A model generated the notes under the pieces. It saw only the letters and a list, made by a program, of their open reading frames with translations. It was not told where the DNA came from and made no database searches. A stretch of 64,000 nt of DNA, from assembly GCF_964355755.1 (NCBI RefSeq), contig NC_092679.1, forward strand, positions 10,027,432-10,091,431, in the 5' to 3' direction. Position 1 is the stretch's first letter; each line of letters starts with the position of its first letter. The translations under genes and the position numbers were made by a program. This document shows, one piece after another, positions 14,453 through 25,484 of the stretch. This DNA comes from Antedon mediterranea. Lineage: Eukaryota; Animalia; Echinodermata.

Positions 14453-15928
14453 TCATTCCAAAACAGATTTAGGGAAACGAAAAGGATTACTATGAGTTCC
14501 TCGGGTACTACGAGTAGACCTTCTAAGAGGAACTATTGGCTCACTATCACTCAATACTGGAGGCAGGTCACAACTAACAATAACACCGGGTATATCATCA
14601 TCCGACTCAGAACTAGAACCACTATCATTGTTGTCATGATGTTCAGACCCTTCACCATTTCCATCCAGAGAAACCACACCACGTGGCAAAACATCGTCCA
14701 AATCACAATCAAACCTTTCCACACGAGGATCCAAAATCAGACGCCTTCGATTAACTTTCAAAAGTTCACCGCCAGTTGATGGACGAATACCATATACATC
14801 TCCAGTGGAATTGATGGTTTCTACAATATAAGAACAACTAAAATATTTATCCTCAAGTTTATGTCTCGCTTTAAATGCTTGCTTGCGCAACAACACCCGA
14901 TCACATACTTTAATGATTTCGGAAACTTTAACTTTGTATCGGTCTTCCTCATTTTCCGCTGCTTGACGCAACCTAGCCGATACAACATCTCGGGCACGCG
15001 AAACCAATTTAGACTGTTGTTGCACATACTCCTCAGACCAGTCATTATTCAAATTACCCAAAAGATGATCAATCGGTAAGACAGGCTCCCTTCCAAACAT
15101 CAATAGATACGGGGTTACTCTGGTAATAGCATGAGGTGTAGAATTATACATGAATATGATATGCTGTATTAATTCCGGCCACTTACGGCGTTCGCATGGA
15201 TCCAGTGATCGCAATAACATACAAAGTGTTTTATTCAACCTCTCACATTGACCGTTACCCTGAGGATGATAAGCAGTAGTTTTAGATTTTACAATACCAT
15301 ACAGCTTGCAAACCTCTCTAATAACATTACACTCGAAGGACTTCCCTTGATCAGAATGCAATCTCTCCGGTAAACCATAATACACAAACCAGACATCTCT
15401 CAAAACACGAGCAACAACTTCAGCGGTTTGATATTTACATGGTACTGCAAGAGAAAATTTACTAAACACATCAGTAAAAACTAGCACATCTTCATATCCC
15501 CATTTACCCTTATCCAACTTCAGAAAATCTATGGCGAGTATTTCTAAGGGCCGAAAAGCAATGACATGACGCATAGGCGGTCGAATAGTAGGTGTAGGTG
15601 CTTTAGAAACGGTACAATTCCAGCATTTCGAAACGTACTTCCTAACATCAAAACTCAAACCAGGCCAAAAACAACGAAGTTTAAGCAAGTCCATCGTACG
15701 CTGCATACCCTGATGACCCCACTTGTCGTGACATAGTTCAATGAGTAAGGAACGCAATTTCAGAGGGACAAGAAGCTGAAGGACACAACCCTTAATTGAA
15801 TCTTCTATTTTACGATACAAAACTCCCTGGTATACTGTAAATTTATCCCACTCCCTCAACCAACTGGACGGTATTGAAACATTTGAATCATGACCATCGC
15901 CCGGTTTCCAACCACGTGTCCACAATCT
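14453..15928 (-). CDS. pol: Integrase part of Gypsy pol, in frame with gag-pol but behind a single TGA
   Basis: HHCC zinc motif (HDKWGH...CWNC) and DDE core (LAIDF, HSDQG, GQCERLN). Confidence 0.93.
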   Translation of the reverse strand, partial: RLWTRGWKPGDGHDSNVSIPSSWLREWDKFTVYQGVLYRKIEDSIKGCVLQLLVPLKLRSLLIELCHDKWGHQGMQRTMDLLKLRCFWPGLSFDVRKYVSKCWNCTVSKAPTPTIRPPMRHVIAFRPLEILAIDFLKLDKGKWGYEDVLVFTDVFSKFSLAVPCKYQTAEVVARVLRDVWFVYYGLPERLHSDQGKSFECNVIREVCKLYGIVKSKTTAYHPQGNGQCERLNKTLCMLLRSLDPCERRKWPELIQHIIFMYNSTPHAITRVTPYLLMFGREPVLPIDHLLGNLNNDWSEEYVQQQSKLVSRARDVVSARLRQAAENEEDRYKVKVSEIIKVCDRVLLRKQAFKARHKLEDKYFSCSYIVETINSTGDVYGIRPSTGGELLKVNRRRLILDPRVERFDCDLDDVLPRGVVSLDGNGEGSEHHDNNDSGSSSESDDDIPGVIVSCDLPPVLSDSEPIVPLRRSTRSTRGTHSNPFRFPKSVLE

Positions 15929-18900
15929 TCAAACTTCAGCAAGCTCATTGTCTTCTTTCTGAAAAGTAGATAACTGACCAAAAGAATAAGATGGTAAAAC
16001 AGAAGATTGATGAGGAAGGCTATCAATTTGTACATTTTCAGCTGGCTTTAACTTAAGACTTGCAGCCAAACAAGATGCAACAACATGTAGCTCATTGGAG
16101 TCTGCTTCGCAACCATCCGTAGGACGACGACTAAGCGCATCCGCACACCTATTAACCGCACCTGGTTTATACTTAACAACAATATCGAACATTGCTAATT
16201 GAGACACCCATCTCATTTCCGTAGCGCCAAGCTTAGCAGTCTTTAAATATGATAATGGATTGTGATCAGTATAAACTATTGCTTTAGAACCTTGAATATA
16301 TGATGAAAATTTGTCAACAACGGCCCATTTCAGTCCAAGTAACTCTAGTTTAAAACTAGACATATTCGAATAATTGCGCTCAGCCCCTCGTAAACTTCGA
16401 CTGGCGTAAGCAACTGGGTGAAGTGCACCATCAATTTCCTGTAGTAAACATGCCCCCAGTCCCTTTAAACTAGCGTCAACCTCAATGTAGAATTGCTGGT
16501 CAAATCTAGGATAAATCAAAACAGGAGGTTTAGTTAAAACACGTTTCAACTCACTAAATGCAACTTCCTGGCTTTCACCCCATTGAAAATCAACAAGCTT
16601 TCCCGTTTGTTTGTCACTTGTACACGTAGCTTGATGCAACGGACCTGAAATAGTAGAATAATTATGAATGAACCGCCTATAATAAGACGAAAGACCAAGA
16701 AATGATTTCAACTCCGTACGATTCTTAGGAGTTGGCCACGAAAGTATTTTCTCGATTTTATCCTTGTTAACCGCTACACCCTTTGCGGAAATGACGTGTC
16801 CCAAGTAAGCGACCTCAGTCTGAAAAAGATCACATTTTTTCCCTTTGACTTTAAGACCATAACTTTGTAACCTACTAAACACACGATCCAATCGGGCAAT
16901 GTGTTGCTCAAAGGTAGAAGAAAACACAAGAATATCATCAAGATACAATACAATTTCAGAAAGGTTCATGTCTCCCAACACGTATTCCATAACTCGCTGA
17001 AACGTACACGGACTATTCGTCAACCCCATAGGCATTCGAGCAAATTCGTAAAGGCCCCACGGAACTCTAAACGCTGTTTTGTCGATTGATTCATCCTCCA
17101 TTATAACCTGAAAAAACCCATGAGACAAATCAAGAGTAGAAAAATAACATGAATTACCCAACACTTCAAGAACCTCATCAATACGCGGTAGAGGAAATGA
17201 ATCCCTTATGGTACGATCATTCAACTTTCGATAGTCCACACATAAACGCAAGGAACCATCTTTTTTCTTCACCAAAACAATTGGACTAGCAAAACTGCTC
17301 TTAGAGGGGCGAATTATCCCCTGCTCCAGCATTTCCTGCAACATCAATTTAACCTCAGCAACAGAATGCAAAGGAATACGCCGATAGGGAATCCGGATAG
17401 GTGTGTTATCTTTTAAAGAAATTCCATGCGGAATAACATCACATCGACCTACATCATATGTTCCCTTCGAAAACACGCCATTGTGCTTACGCAATAACCC
17501 AGCAACAACTTTCTCTTGTCCAGGATCCAAACCATTCAACATTATCCCAGGAGGTAAATCCAAAGCAATATCTGGTTCAGAGTTGATACTTCTATCTGCT
17601 CCAACATCCGACGATTCCCTGTTCAAAGTAGTAAAAGAGTCACAGTTAGCATGAGAACCAACATTTACATTAGGTTTAATAGATTCATTTAAAGATTGGA
17701 AAGGAACAACTATATTTATGTGTTTTAATGAGACAAGAACGTTGGACTCGTCTTCATCGATTCTCAACATTACTTCAGATCTACTTATTTCGGGCGCAGA
17801 AGGATGCTCATCTACCAGTTGTCGCAACTCATGTAGACCACTGAAACCATGCAACTGGCGTAAAATATTACATCCAATAAGAATCGGATAATTTACTTGC
17901 TTATTCTTAACGGCGATGTCGGAGACAACCAGGAAACTACCCTTAAGTTGCTGATCAGCAATCACAACGGGAATTTCAATGTACCCTTCTATGGGTACCT
18001 CAACCCCACAGACCCCAATAACATTCATGAACAAACCACCAACACTACCTAATTCACCACATTCAGGCTTTAGTATGTTATGGTATATGGATGATGGAAT
18101 AATTGATGCCTCAGCTCCGGTGTCTAAAATACACCCAAGTTCAGCGGAACCAACGCTCATAGTAGTACAAGGACTTCTAGCAACTAATTTCTCGAATAAC
18201 ACGGTATTTTGAACATGTGAATTAGGTATAGCATTAGAAATATTTGTATCTGCACTTGCAACAGGGGCACGGACATCGTGACATATCTGTGTATCCTTAC
18301 TCTGGATACCTGATGACGATTGCGGAACAACACTCTGTTGAGAAGGATTAATAGATGAGTTATAATTGACATTTTGGTTTCTACTATACTTAGTAGGACA
18401 AGCATACGCAAAATGACCTGGATTTTTACAAGTCCAACACAAACCAGGAGGGACACTACATTGGTTTCTACTATGACCTTCGTTACCACAATTGAAACAT
18501 CTACGAGAAATATTAGAACGAACATCTGAATGGAATTTAGGACGTTGAGATTGCAATAATGCACCGAATTTGTTATCAATGGTCTCATTGATTTGCTGCT
18601 TAAGAAAAGATTGTAATTCTTGTTTCATCTCAGTCAGACCGTAATCTACACACTCTACCCCGTGAATTTTTGGTTTAGTATTTACTCGTTCCCCTTTAAA
18701 CAATTCTACAACCTCCTCCCTCATTTCAAGAAAGGTCTTCCCTCTGAACGCCAACTCAATTCGCTTTAATTCTCTTTTAACCCCATGGTCTCGGACCCCT
18801 TCTACTAATCTCTGCTTCAAAGTAGTATCCTGGAGGTGTTTTAAGGCTGCCTGCTCATTCCTATCTGATGCCTCAACCAACTGTGTGTATAGTTTGAGTA

Positions 18901-19378
18901 ACTCTAGACTATAATCAGCTATTGATTCTCCCTCTAACTGACGCCTAGAATAAAAAGAAGAACTATATCCTGAAACAGTTTCTTCTGGACCAAACATAAA
19001 TTTTAATATACCAATAGCACGCTTAGCATCTTTACTATTACCGGACACCATCATCTGACACCGGACTTCATCCTTTGCCTTGCCACCAAGATGACTTATC
19101 AAAGTATCATATTTTTTCCAATCTGTTAAAGAATAATGGTCACAATAGGCTTCGAAATCAATAAGCCAATCCCTTAAAGAACTCTGCCCAGGAAGTTTAG
19201 GTGTACCAAAAAACTTGGATAATTTAACAGGTGGAGGAGATTTTTGAGTGGACAAACCCTTGAAAGCATTGGTAAGAGCGGATATCATTTCACTAACATC
19301 AGTTGTCTTCGCAGCACTACCACCTTGCGCAGTCTGTTTTTTAGGCGGGGCCGCGCTTTGACCACCACCAGTCGCCAT
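15929..19378 (-). CDS. gag-pol: Gypsy Gag-protease-RT-RNase H polyprotein (1149 aa to a premature stop)
   Basis: Two CCHC knuckles (CFNCGNEGHSRNQC, CWTCKNPGHFAYAC), protease LDTGA, RT motifs LRLCVDYRKLN / MPMGL / YLDD, RNase H motifs DAS...TDH...ADALSR. Confidence 0.96.
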   Translation of the reverse strand: MATGGGQSAAPPKKQTAQGGSAAKTTDVSEMISALTNAFKGLSTQKSPPPVKLSKFFGTPKLPGQSSLRDWLIDFEAYCDHYSLTDWKKYDTLISHLGGKAKDEVRCQMMVSGNSKDAKRAIGILKFMFGPEETVSGYSSSFYSRRQLEGESIADYSLELLKLYTQLVEASDRNEQAALKHLQDTTLKQRLVEGVRDHGVKRELKRIELAFRGKTFLEMREEVVELFKGERVNTKPKIHGVECVDYGLTEMKQELQSFLKQQINETIDNKFGALLQSQRPKFHSDVRSNISRRCFNCGNEGHSRNQCSVPPGLCWTCKNPGHFAYACPTKYSRNQNVNYNSSINPSQQSVVPQSSSGIQSKDTQICHDVRAPVASADTNISNAIPNSHVQNTVLFEKLVARSPCTTMSVGSAELGCILDTGAEASIIPSSIYHNILKPECGELGSVGGLFMNVIGVCGVEVPIEGYIEIPVVIADQQLKGSFLVVSDIAVKNKQVNYPILIGCNILRQLHGFSGLHELRQLVDEHPSAPEISRSEVMLRIDEDESNVLVSLKHINIVVPFQSLNESIKPNVNVGSHANCDSFTTLNRESSDVGADRSINSEPDIALDLPPGIMLNGLDPGQEKVVAGLLRKHNGVFSKGTYDVGRCDVIPHGISLKDNTPIRIPYRRIPLHSVAEVKLMLQEMLEQGIIRPSKSSFASPIVLVKKKDGSLRLCVDYRKLNDRTIRDSFPLPRIDEVLEVLGNSCYFSTLDLSHGFFQVIMEDESIDKTAFRVPWGLYEFARMPMGLTNSPCTFQRVMEYVLGDMNLSEIVLYLDDILVFSSTFEQHIARLDRVFSRLQSYGLKVKGKKCDLFQTEVAYLGHVISAKGVAVNKDKIEKILSWPTPKNRTELKSFLGLSSYYRRFIHNYSTISGPLHQATCTSDKQTGKLVDFQWGESQEVAFSELKRVLTKPPVLIYPRFDQQFYIEVDASLKGLGACLLQEIDGALHPVAYASRSLRGAERNYSNMSSFKLELLGLKWAVVDKFSSYIQGSKAIVYTDHNPLSYLKTAKLGATEMRWVSQLAMFDIVVKYKPGAVNRCADALSRRPTDGCEADSNELHVVASCLAASLKLKPAENVQIDSLPHQSSVLPSYSFGQLSTFQKEDNELAEV

Positions 19379-19941
19379 AACGAGAAAATGTGACTTTCAC
19401 TAATGAATTATTTACGAAGGTAGCATATAATATATTGGATATTAATATTTCACTATGGATTTTAAACAGCATATAACAATCTCACTAACGTTCTGTAATT
19501 ATAGTTACAATAGTAAAGTAGCATATATCAACATTTAATTATCGCAATGTGCTTTAAACAGACTATCGTTTAACAATATTATTACACGTTATATAACACA
19601 AGTTCACCATAACATCACTAGGCAAATCCTCTAAATAATCGGCTACTGCATTCAAAGTACAATACCACTTACGTTATATCAATGTCAATTATTATTATAA
19701 ATCAATAATTGCGTAAATACAATACATCAATCTACAGTTATCAATAAATCCAATACAGTATATAGAAATCTATATAATTAACAAAGAAAATACATCAATT
19801 AATGATAGTCAATATGTGTACATCTTATCTGTATCTCGGATTCACCGACAGTTGATCCAGGGCTTTCCAATCACTGGTCACTCCAAAGAATATACTCGCT
19901 AATCACCATCATCTGCCGCTAAACGTCATTCTTGAATTGCG

Positions 19942-19959
19942 ATCCTGTCCGTGACGCCA
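19942..19959 (-). promoter_or_regulatory. Primer binding site, complementary to a tRNA-Ser(CGA)-type 3' end
   Basis: Minus strand TGGCGTCACGGACAGGAT lies 3 nt inside the 5' LTR and resembles the complement of the ...ATCCTGTTCGTGACGCCA tRNA-Ser end (tRNA identity recalled, not searched). Confidence 0.8.
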
Positions 19960-19962
19960 ATT

Positions 19963-20749
19963 TGTCGTGGTACGTGAGACCATGCCCGGATTGATTTGGA
20001 AGTTTTCTCCCCGGGTATCAAGCGTGCGAGGCTTGGCTCAAATGAATGCAATATCAAGACCAACAGAAAGACAACAAGTTGTTGATTGCCGTTACCAGAC
20101 CATTTATTGTGTACAACTCAACGTCACTCAGAAAATAAAGAGAACGAAGAAAGGAAAAAACCCTGCAAATATACAAACAAGCGTTACATAATTTCAATAA
20201 CAGTCAGTTTATAACTTCACTTTACCACTGTATTACCACTATACTTAAACACACTGTGTACAAACTGGTTATCATTAAGAACAATACAATCAATTAAACG
20301 TCATTACAAATGATTAATACCTGAATCAACTTGAATGATGTATTTACTAACTAAGAACGAAAGATCGTACAGCAATCAACCATTTCTCTATAAATTGAAG
20401 TAAAGATTTGAGAACATTATTTGCTTTATTTAAGTTGTATGCATGCAATTTAATATAATAAATTAACAGACAATGATCCGTCTATCATGCAATATAATTC
20501 TTTTTACTACTTACAATGGTAACTTCAACAACGGCTTAATAATATATATATACAACACGGTAACAAAAATCACATCTTCCTGTGTTTGCAACAAAAGCTT
20601 TTCTGACGCGCAGACAGAAAAACCAGGTAGTTAACCAAAACATCACCTATATGCAAATGCGCCAAACACAATGCTCGCAAAACAACTAGCAGCAAGACAC
20701 TTATATGCAAATACGCAGAACGCACACGAACAACAACTGATCCATGACA
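19963..20749 (-). repeat. 5' LTR of the Gypsy element (787 bp)
   Basis: Direct repeat of 13474-14260, adjacent to the PBS. Confidence 0.97.
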
Positions 20750-22032
20750 TATCTCTCCCTCTCGCTGATCTATCTCTCTCTCACTGATCTATCTCTCTCT
20801 CGCTGATCTATCTCTCTCTCTCTCTCTCACTGATCTATCTCTCTCTCTCTCTCTCTCGCTGATCTATCTCTCTCTCGCTGATCTATCTATCTCTCTCGCT
20901 GATCTATCTCTTTCTCGCTGATCTATCGCTCTCTCTCTCGCTGATCTATCTATCTCTCTCTCGCTGATCTATCTATCTCTCTCTCGCTGATCTATCTATC
21001 TCTCTCTCTCGCTGATCTATCTAACTCTCGTTGATCTATCTCTCCCTCGCTGATCTATCTCTCTCTCGCTGATCTATCTCTCTCTCGCTGATCTATCTCT
21101 CTCGCTGATCTATCTATCTCTCGCTGATCTATCTCTCTCTCGCTGATCTATCTCTCTCTCGCTGATCTATCTCTCTCTCGCTGATCTATCTCTCTCGCTG
21201 ATTTATCTATCTCTCTCTCGCTGATCTATCTATCTCTCTCTCGCTGATCTATCTATCTCTCTATCTCGCTGATCTAACTCTCTCTCGCTGATCTATCTCT
21301 CTCTCGCTGATCTATCTCTCTCTCGCTGATCTATCTCTCTCGCTGATCTATCTCTCTCTCGCTGATCTATCTATCTCTCGCTGATCTATCTCTCTCGCTG
21401 ATCTATCTCTCTCTCGCTGATCTATCTCTCTCTCTCTCTCTCGTTGATCTATCTATCTGTCTCTCGCTGATCTATCTATCTGTCTCTCGCTGATCTATCT
21501 ATCTGTCTCTCGCTGATCTATCTATCTCTCTCACGCTGATCTATCTATCTCTCTCTTTCGCTGATCTATCTATCTCTCTCTCGCTGATCTATCTATCTCT
21601 CTCTCGCTGATCTATATATCTCTCGCTGATCTATCTCTCTCTCGCTGATCTATCTCTCTCTCGCTGATCTATCTATCTCTCGCTGATCTATCTCTCTCGC
21701 TGATCTATCTCTCTCTCGCTGATCTATCTCTCTCTCTCGCTGATCTATCTCTCTCTCTCGCCGATCTATCTCTCTCTCGCTGATCTATCTCTCTCTCTCG
21801 CTGATCTATCTCTCTCTCGCTGATCTATCTGTTTCTCTCGCTGCTCTATCTCTCTCTCGCTGATCTATCTCTCTCTCGCTGATCTATCTCTCTCGCTGAT
21901 CTATCTCTCTCTCGCTGATCTATCTGTCTCTTGCTGATCTATCTCTCTCTCACTGATCTATCTCTCTCTTTCTCTCGCTGATCTATCTCTCTCTGTCGCT
22001 GATCTATCTCTCTCTCACTGATCTATCTCTCT
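20750..22032. repeat. ~19-bp minisatellite array, right part
   Basis: Same unit as 1-13473 resumes directly after the LTR. Confidence 0.99.
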
Positions 22033-22231
22033 TTGAATTTTAAAAATTGGAAATTTTAGTAATTTTTCGAAAAAATTCCTATGGTCCCCCGCAGAAAATT
22101 ATCGAAAAATGGCCAAATTTCAAGCCTTTTATTTTTTGATATAATTCATTACTATGGCTCTATAAGATGATGTTAGCAAAATATATCTGTATAAATGGCA
22201 ATATTATAGCATAATTATTGAATTTTAAAAA
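22033..22231. other. AT-rich 199-bp junction segment bounded by a 14-bp direct repeat
   Basis: TTGAATTTTAAAAA at 22033-22046 and 22218-22231 (185-bp period). Confidence 0.6.
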
Positions 22232-22373
22232 GTGCTTAGAATAGTTTCAAATCGCATTTGTAGACGTTTTAGACCATTTTGTGCATTTCGATAAAACTTT
22301 TCACATAAAAACATCAAAGAGCACAAAATAGCTTAATATCGTATTTAAAAACGTTTTACACAATTTTGAGCAT
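22232..22373 (+). repeat. First, diverged monomers of the 88-bp satellite
   Basis: GTGCTTAGAATAGTTTCAAATCGCATTTGTAGACGTTTTAGACC... matches the downstream satellite. Confidence 0.9.
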
Positions 22374-22511
22374 TATTTCATAATTCATTTATCTATTCCA
22401 TATATATATAATTACAATAAGTTTACACGTTGATAATGCCATGTAAGTTCCAATCAGGTGGCTATTTCACACACCAGTAGCCGTTGTATATAACATTCCA
22501 CGAATTATTTC
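22374..22511 (-). mobile_element. Possible 3'-UTR/tail remnant of a LINE or SINE
   Basis: Minus strand ends ...GATAAATGAATTATGAAAT and holds a GGCTA...TAGCC stem; it follows TTTTGAGCATT like the LINE tails at 35912 and 39508. Confidence 0.3.
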
Positions 22512-23380
22512 TGTAACCGTCCTTCTTTTCTTTAACGTCTTTCTTTAATGTCTCCAATTCAATGGTGTGTCGTACTAGTAGTAAGTTTTTCCTTTCCGTC
22601 TCGTTCAATTCCAATATCGTTATTATTCCGTACTCACAAGTGTTCTGGTTGTCAGAGTCCTTTAGTTATAAATTCAATTAGTCAATCCGTTCTTCAATGT
22701 AGCCTACCACTCAATTAACAGTCGTAAAAAGAGACCTCAGAATAGAAATTAAGGAGTTATTTATTACACGACTACAATATCGCTGAAGTGTGCATCAAAT
22801 ATCTATATCTCTTACTTTGTGGTTTTCTTTATTTTCTCTGCTTAGCAACTTATCAATACAACAATAGTAGTTTGCCACACCCAATCAAGAAAAGAAACAC
22901 TCATCTTACTCCCAACTCCTTGTTTCAACCTCGCGCCGTTCCCGCACACACTTTATATATCAACCCATCATCCAATAAGAGGCCGCTACGCATGAATGAC
23001 CCCCCTCATACGGTACAATGGAACAAAAATAAAATCACTTGTGACATTTTTCCTCCCACTCAAGAACAATGTATGGGGATATACATTTTCTAACTACATG
23101 AACTGCGGCTGAGATAATCCGCACCTACGTTATCGCTACCTTTGATAGCTTCAATTCGGAACCTGTATGGCTGGAGCGCCAGTGCCCAGCACATTATTCT
23201 ACCATTCGCTAATTTAGCTTTTTGCATGTAAACAAGGGGTTGATGGTCAGTTTCTAAGGTAAATTCTCGACCATATAGGTATGTTTCAAACTTACGTACA
23301 CTCCAAATTATTGATAAACATTCCTTCTCCATAATAGAGTACGCTTTTTCCCGGGGTAGTAACTTCTTGCTGGCATAAAC
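22512..23380 (-). mobile_element. 3' remnant of a Gmr1-like Gypsy element: RNase H, PPT, then a 535-bp LTR (22512-23046)
   Basis: RNase H ends in a stop at 23090; PPT GAGTGGGAGGAAAA (23047-23060) leads into an LTR with TGTCAC...GTTACA ends; there is no room for an integrase after RNase H. Confidence 0.82.
23090..23380 (-). pseudogene. Ty3/Gypsy RNase H C-terminal fragment
   Basis: VYASKKLLPREKAYSIMEKECLSIIW...TDHQPL...ADYLSR*; cut off by satellite at its 5' side. Confidence 0.92.
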
Positions 23381-25484
23381 ACAAAAGTGCTTAGAATAGC
23401 TTCAAATCGCATTTGGAGACGTTTTAGACCATTTTGTGATTTTCTAAAAAAGTTGTTAACATAAAAACATCAAAGTGTACAGAATAGCTTCAAATCGCAT
23501 TTGGAGACGTTTTAGACCATTTTGTGATTTTTGAAAAAACTTGTTACCATAAAAACACCAAAGTGCTTAGAATAGCTTCAAATCGCATTTGGAGACGTTT
23601 TAGACCATTTTGTGATTTTCGAAAAAACTTGGTTCCACAAAAACATCAAAGTACTTAAAATCACATTAGAAACCGTTTTAGACCATTTTGTGATTTTCGA
23701 AAAAACTTGTTACCATAAAAACACCAAAGTGTACAGAATAGCTTCAAATCGCATTTGGAGACATTTTAGACCATTTTGTGATTTTCAAAAAAACGTGTTA
23801 ACATAAAAACACCAAAGTGCTTAGAATAGCTTCAAATCGCATTTGGAGACGTTTTAGACCATTTTGTGATTTTCGAAAAAACTTGTTACCATAAAAACAC
23901 CAAAGTGCTTAGATTAGCTTCAAATCGCATTTTGAGACATTTTAGACCGTTTTGTGATTTTCGAAAAAACTTGGTTACACAAAAGCACCAAAGTGCTTAG
24001 AATAGCTTCAAATCGCATTTGGAGACGTTTTAGACCATTTTGTGATTTTCTAAAAAAGTTGTTAACATAAAAACATCAAAGTGTACAGAATAGCTTCAAA
24101 TCGCATTTGGAGACGTTTTAGACAATTTTGTGATTTTCGAACAAACTTGTTACCATAAAAACACCAAAGTGCTTAGAATAGCTTCAAATCGCATTTTGAG
24201 ACGTTTTAGACCATTTTGTGATTTTTGAAAAAACTTGTTACCATAAAAACACCAAAGTGCTTAGAAAAGCTTCAAATCGCATTTGGAGACGTTTTAGACC
24301 ATTTTGTGATTTTCGAAAAAACTTGGTTCCACAAAAACATCAAAGTGCTTAAAATTGACATTAGAAACCGTTTTAGACCATTTTGTGATTTTCGAAAAAA
24401 CTTGTTAACATAAAAACATCAAAGTGTAAAGAATAGCTTCAAATCGCATTTGGAGACGTTTTAGACCATTTTGTGATTTTCGAAAAAACTTTTTACACAA
24501 AAACATCAAAGTGCTTAAAATCACATTAGAAACCGTTTTAGACCATTTTGAGCATTTCGATAAAACTTTTCACACAAAAACATCAAAGAGGACAAAATAG
24601 CTTAATATCGTATTTAAAAACTTTTTTGACCATTTTGAGCATTTCAACAAAAAATTTTCACACAAAACATCAAAGTGTACAGAATAGCTTCAAATCGCAT
24701 TTGGAGACATTTTAGACCATTTTGTGATTTTCTAAAAAACTTGTTAACATAAAAACACAAAAGTGCTTAGAATAGCTTCAAATCGCATTTGTAGACGTTT
24801 TAGACCACTTTGTGATTTTCGAAAAAAATTGTTAACATAAAAACACCAAAGTGCTTAGAATAGCTTCAAATCGCATTTTGAGACATTTTAGACCGTTTTG
24901 TGATTTTCGAAAAAACTTGGTTACACAAAAGCACCAAAGTGCTTAAAATAGCTTCAAATCGCATTTGGAGACATTTTAGACCATTTTGTGATTTTCGAAA
25001 AAACTTGTTAACATAAAAACACCAAAGTGCTTAGAATAGCTTCAAATCGCATTTGGAGACGTTTTAGACCATTTTGTGATTTTCGAAAAAACTTGTTACC
25101 ATAAAAACACCAAAGTGCTTAGATTAGCTTCAAATCGCATTTTGAGACATTTTAGACCGTTTTGTGATTTTCGAAAAAACTTGGTTACACAAAAACACCA
25201 AAGTGCTTAAAATAGCTTCAAATCGCATTTGGAGACGTTTTAGACCATTTTATGATTTTCGAAAAAAATTGTTAACATAAAAACACCAATGTGCTAAGAA
25301 TAGCTTCAAATCGCATTTGGAGACATTTTAGACCATTTTGTGATTTTCGAAAAAACTTATTAACATAAAAACACCAAAGTGCTTAGAATAGCTTCAAATC
25401 GCATTTTGAGACATTTTAGACCCTTTTGTGATTTTCGAAAAAACTTGGTTACACAAAAACACAAAAGTGCTTAAAATAGCTTTA

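Larger units (their letters stand above)
13474..20749 (-). mobile_element. Full-length Ty3/Gypsy LTR retrotransposon (7276 bp)
   Basis: Two 787-bp direct repeats with TGTCGTGG...CCATGACA ends, PBS, PPT, and gag-PR-RT-RH-IN domain order; flanks read TATT / TATC. Confidence 0.98.

Noticed and set aside
13478-20191. Identical 74-aa ORFs at 13478 and 19967, and the 121-aa ORF at 14081-14446
   Set aside because: They lie in or overlap the LTRs and have no recognisable domain; the two 74-aa ORFs start at GTG and are identical only because the LTR is duplicated.
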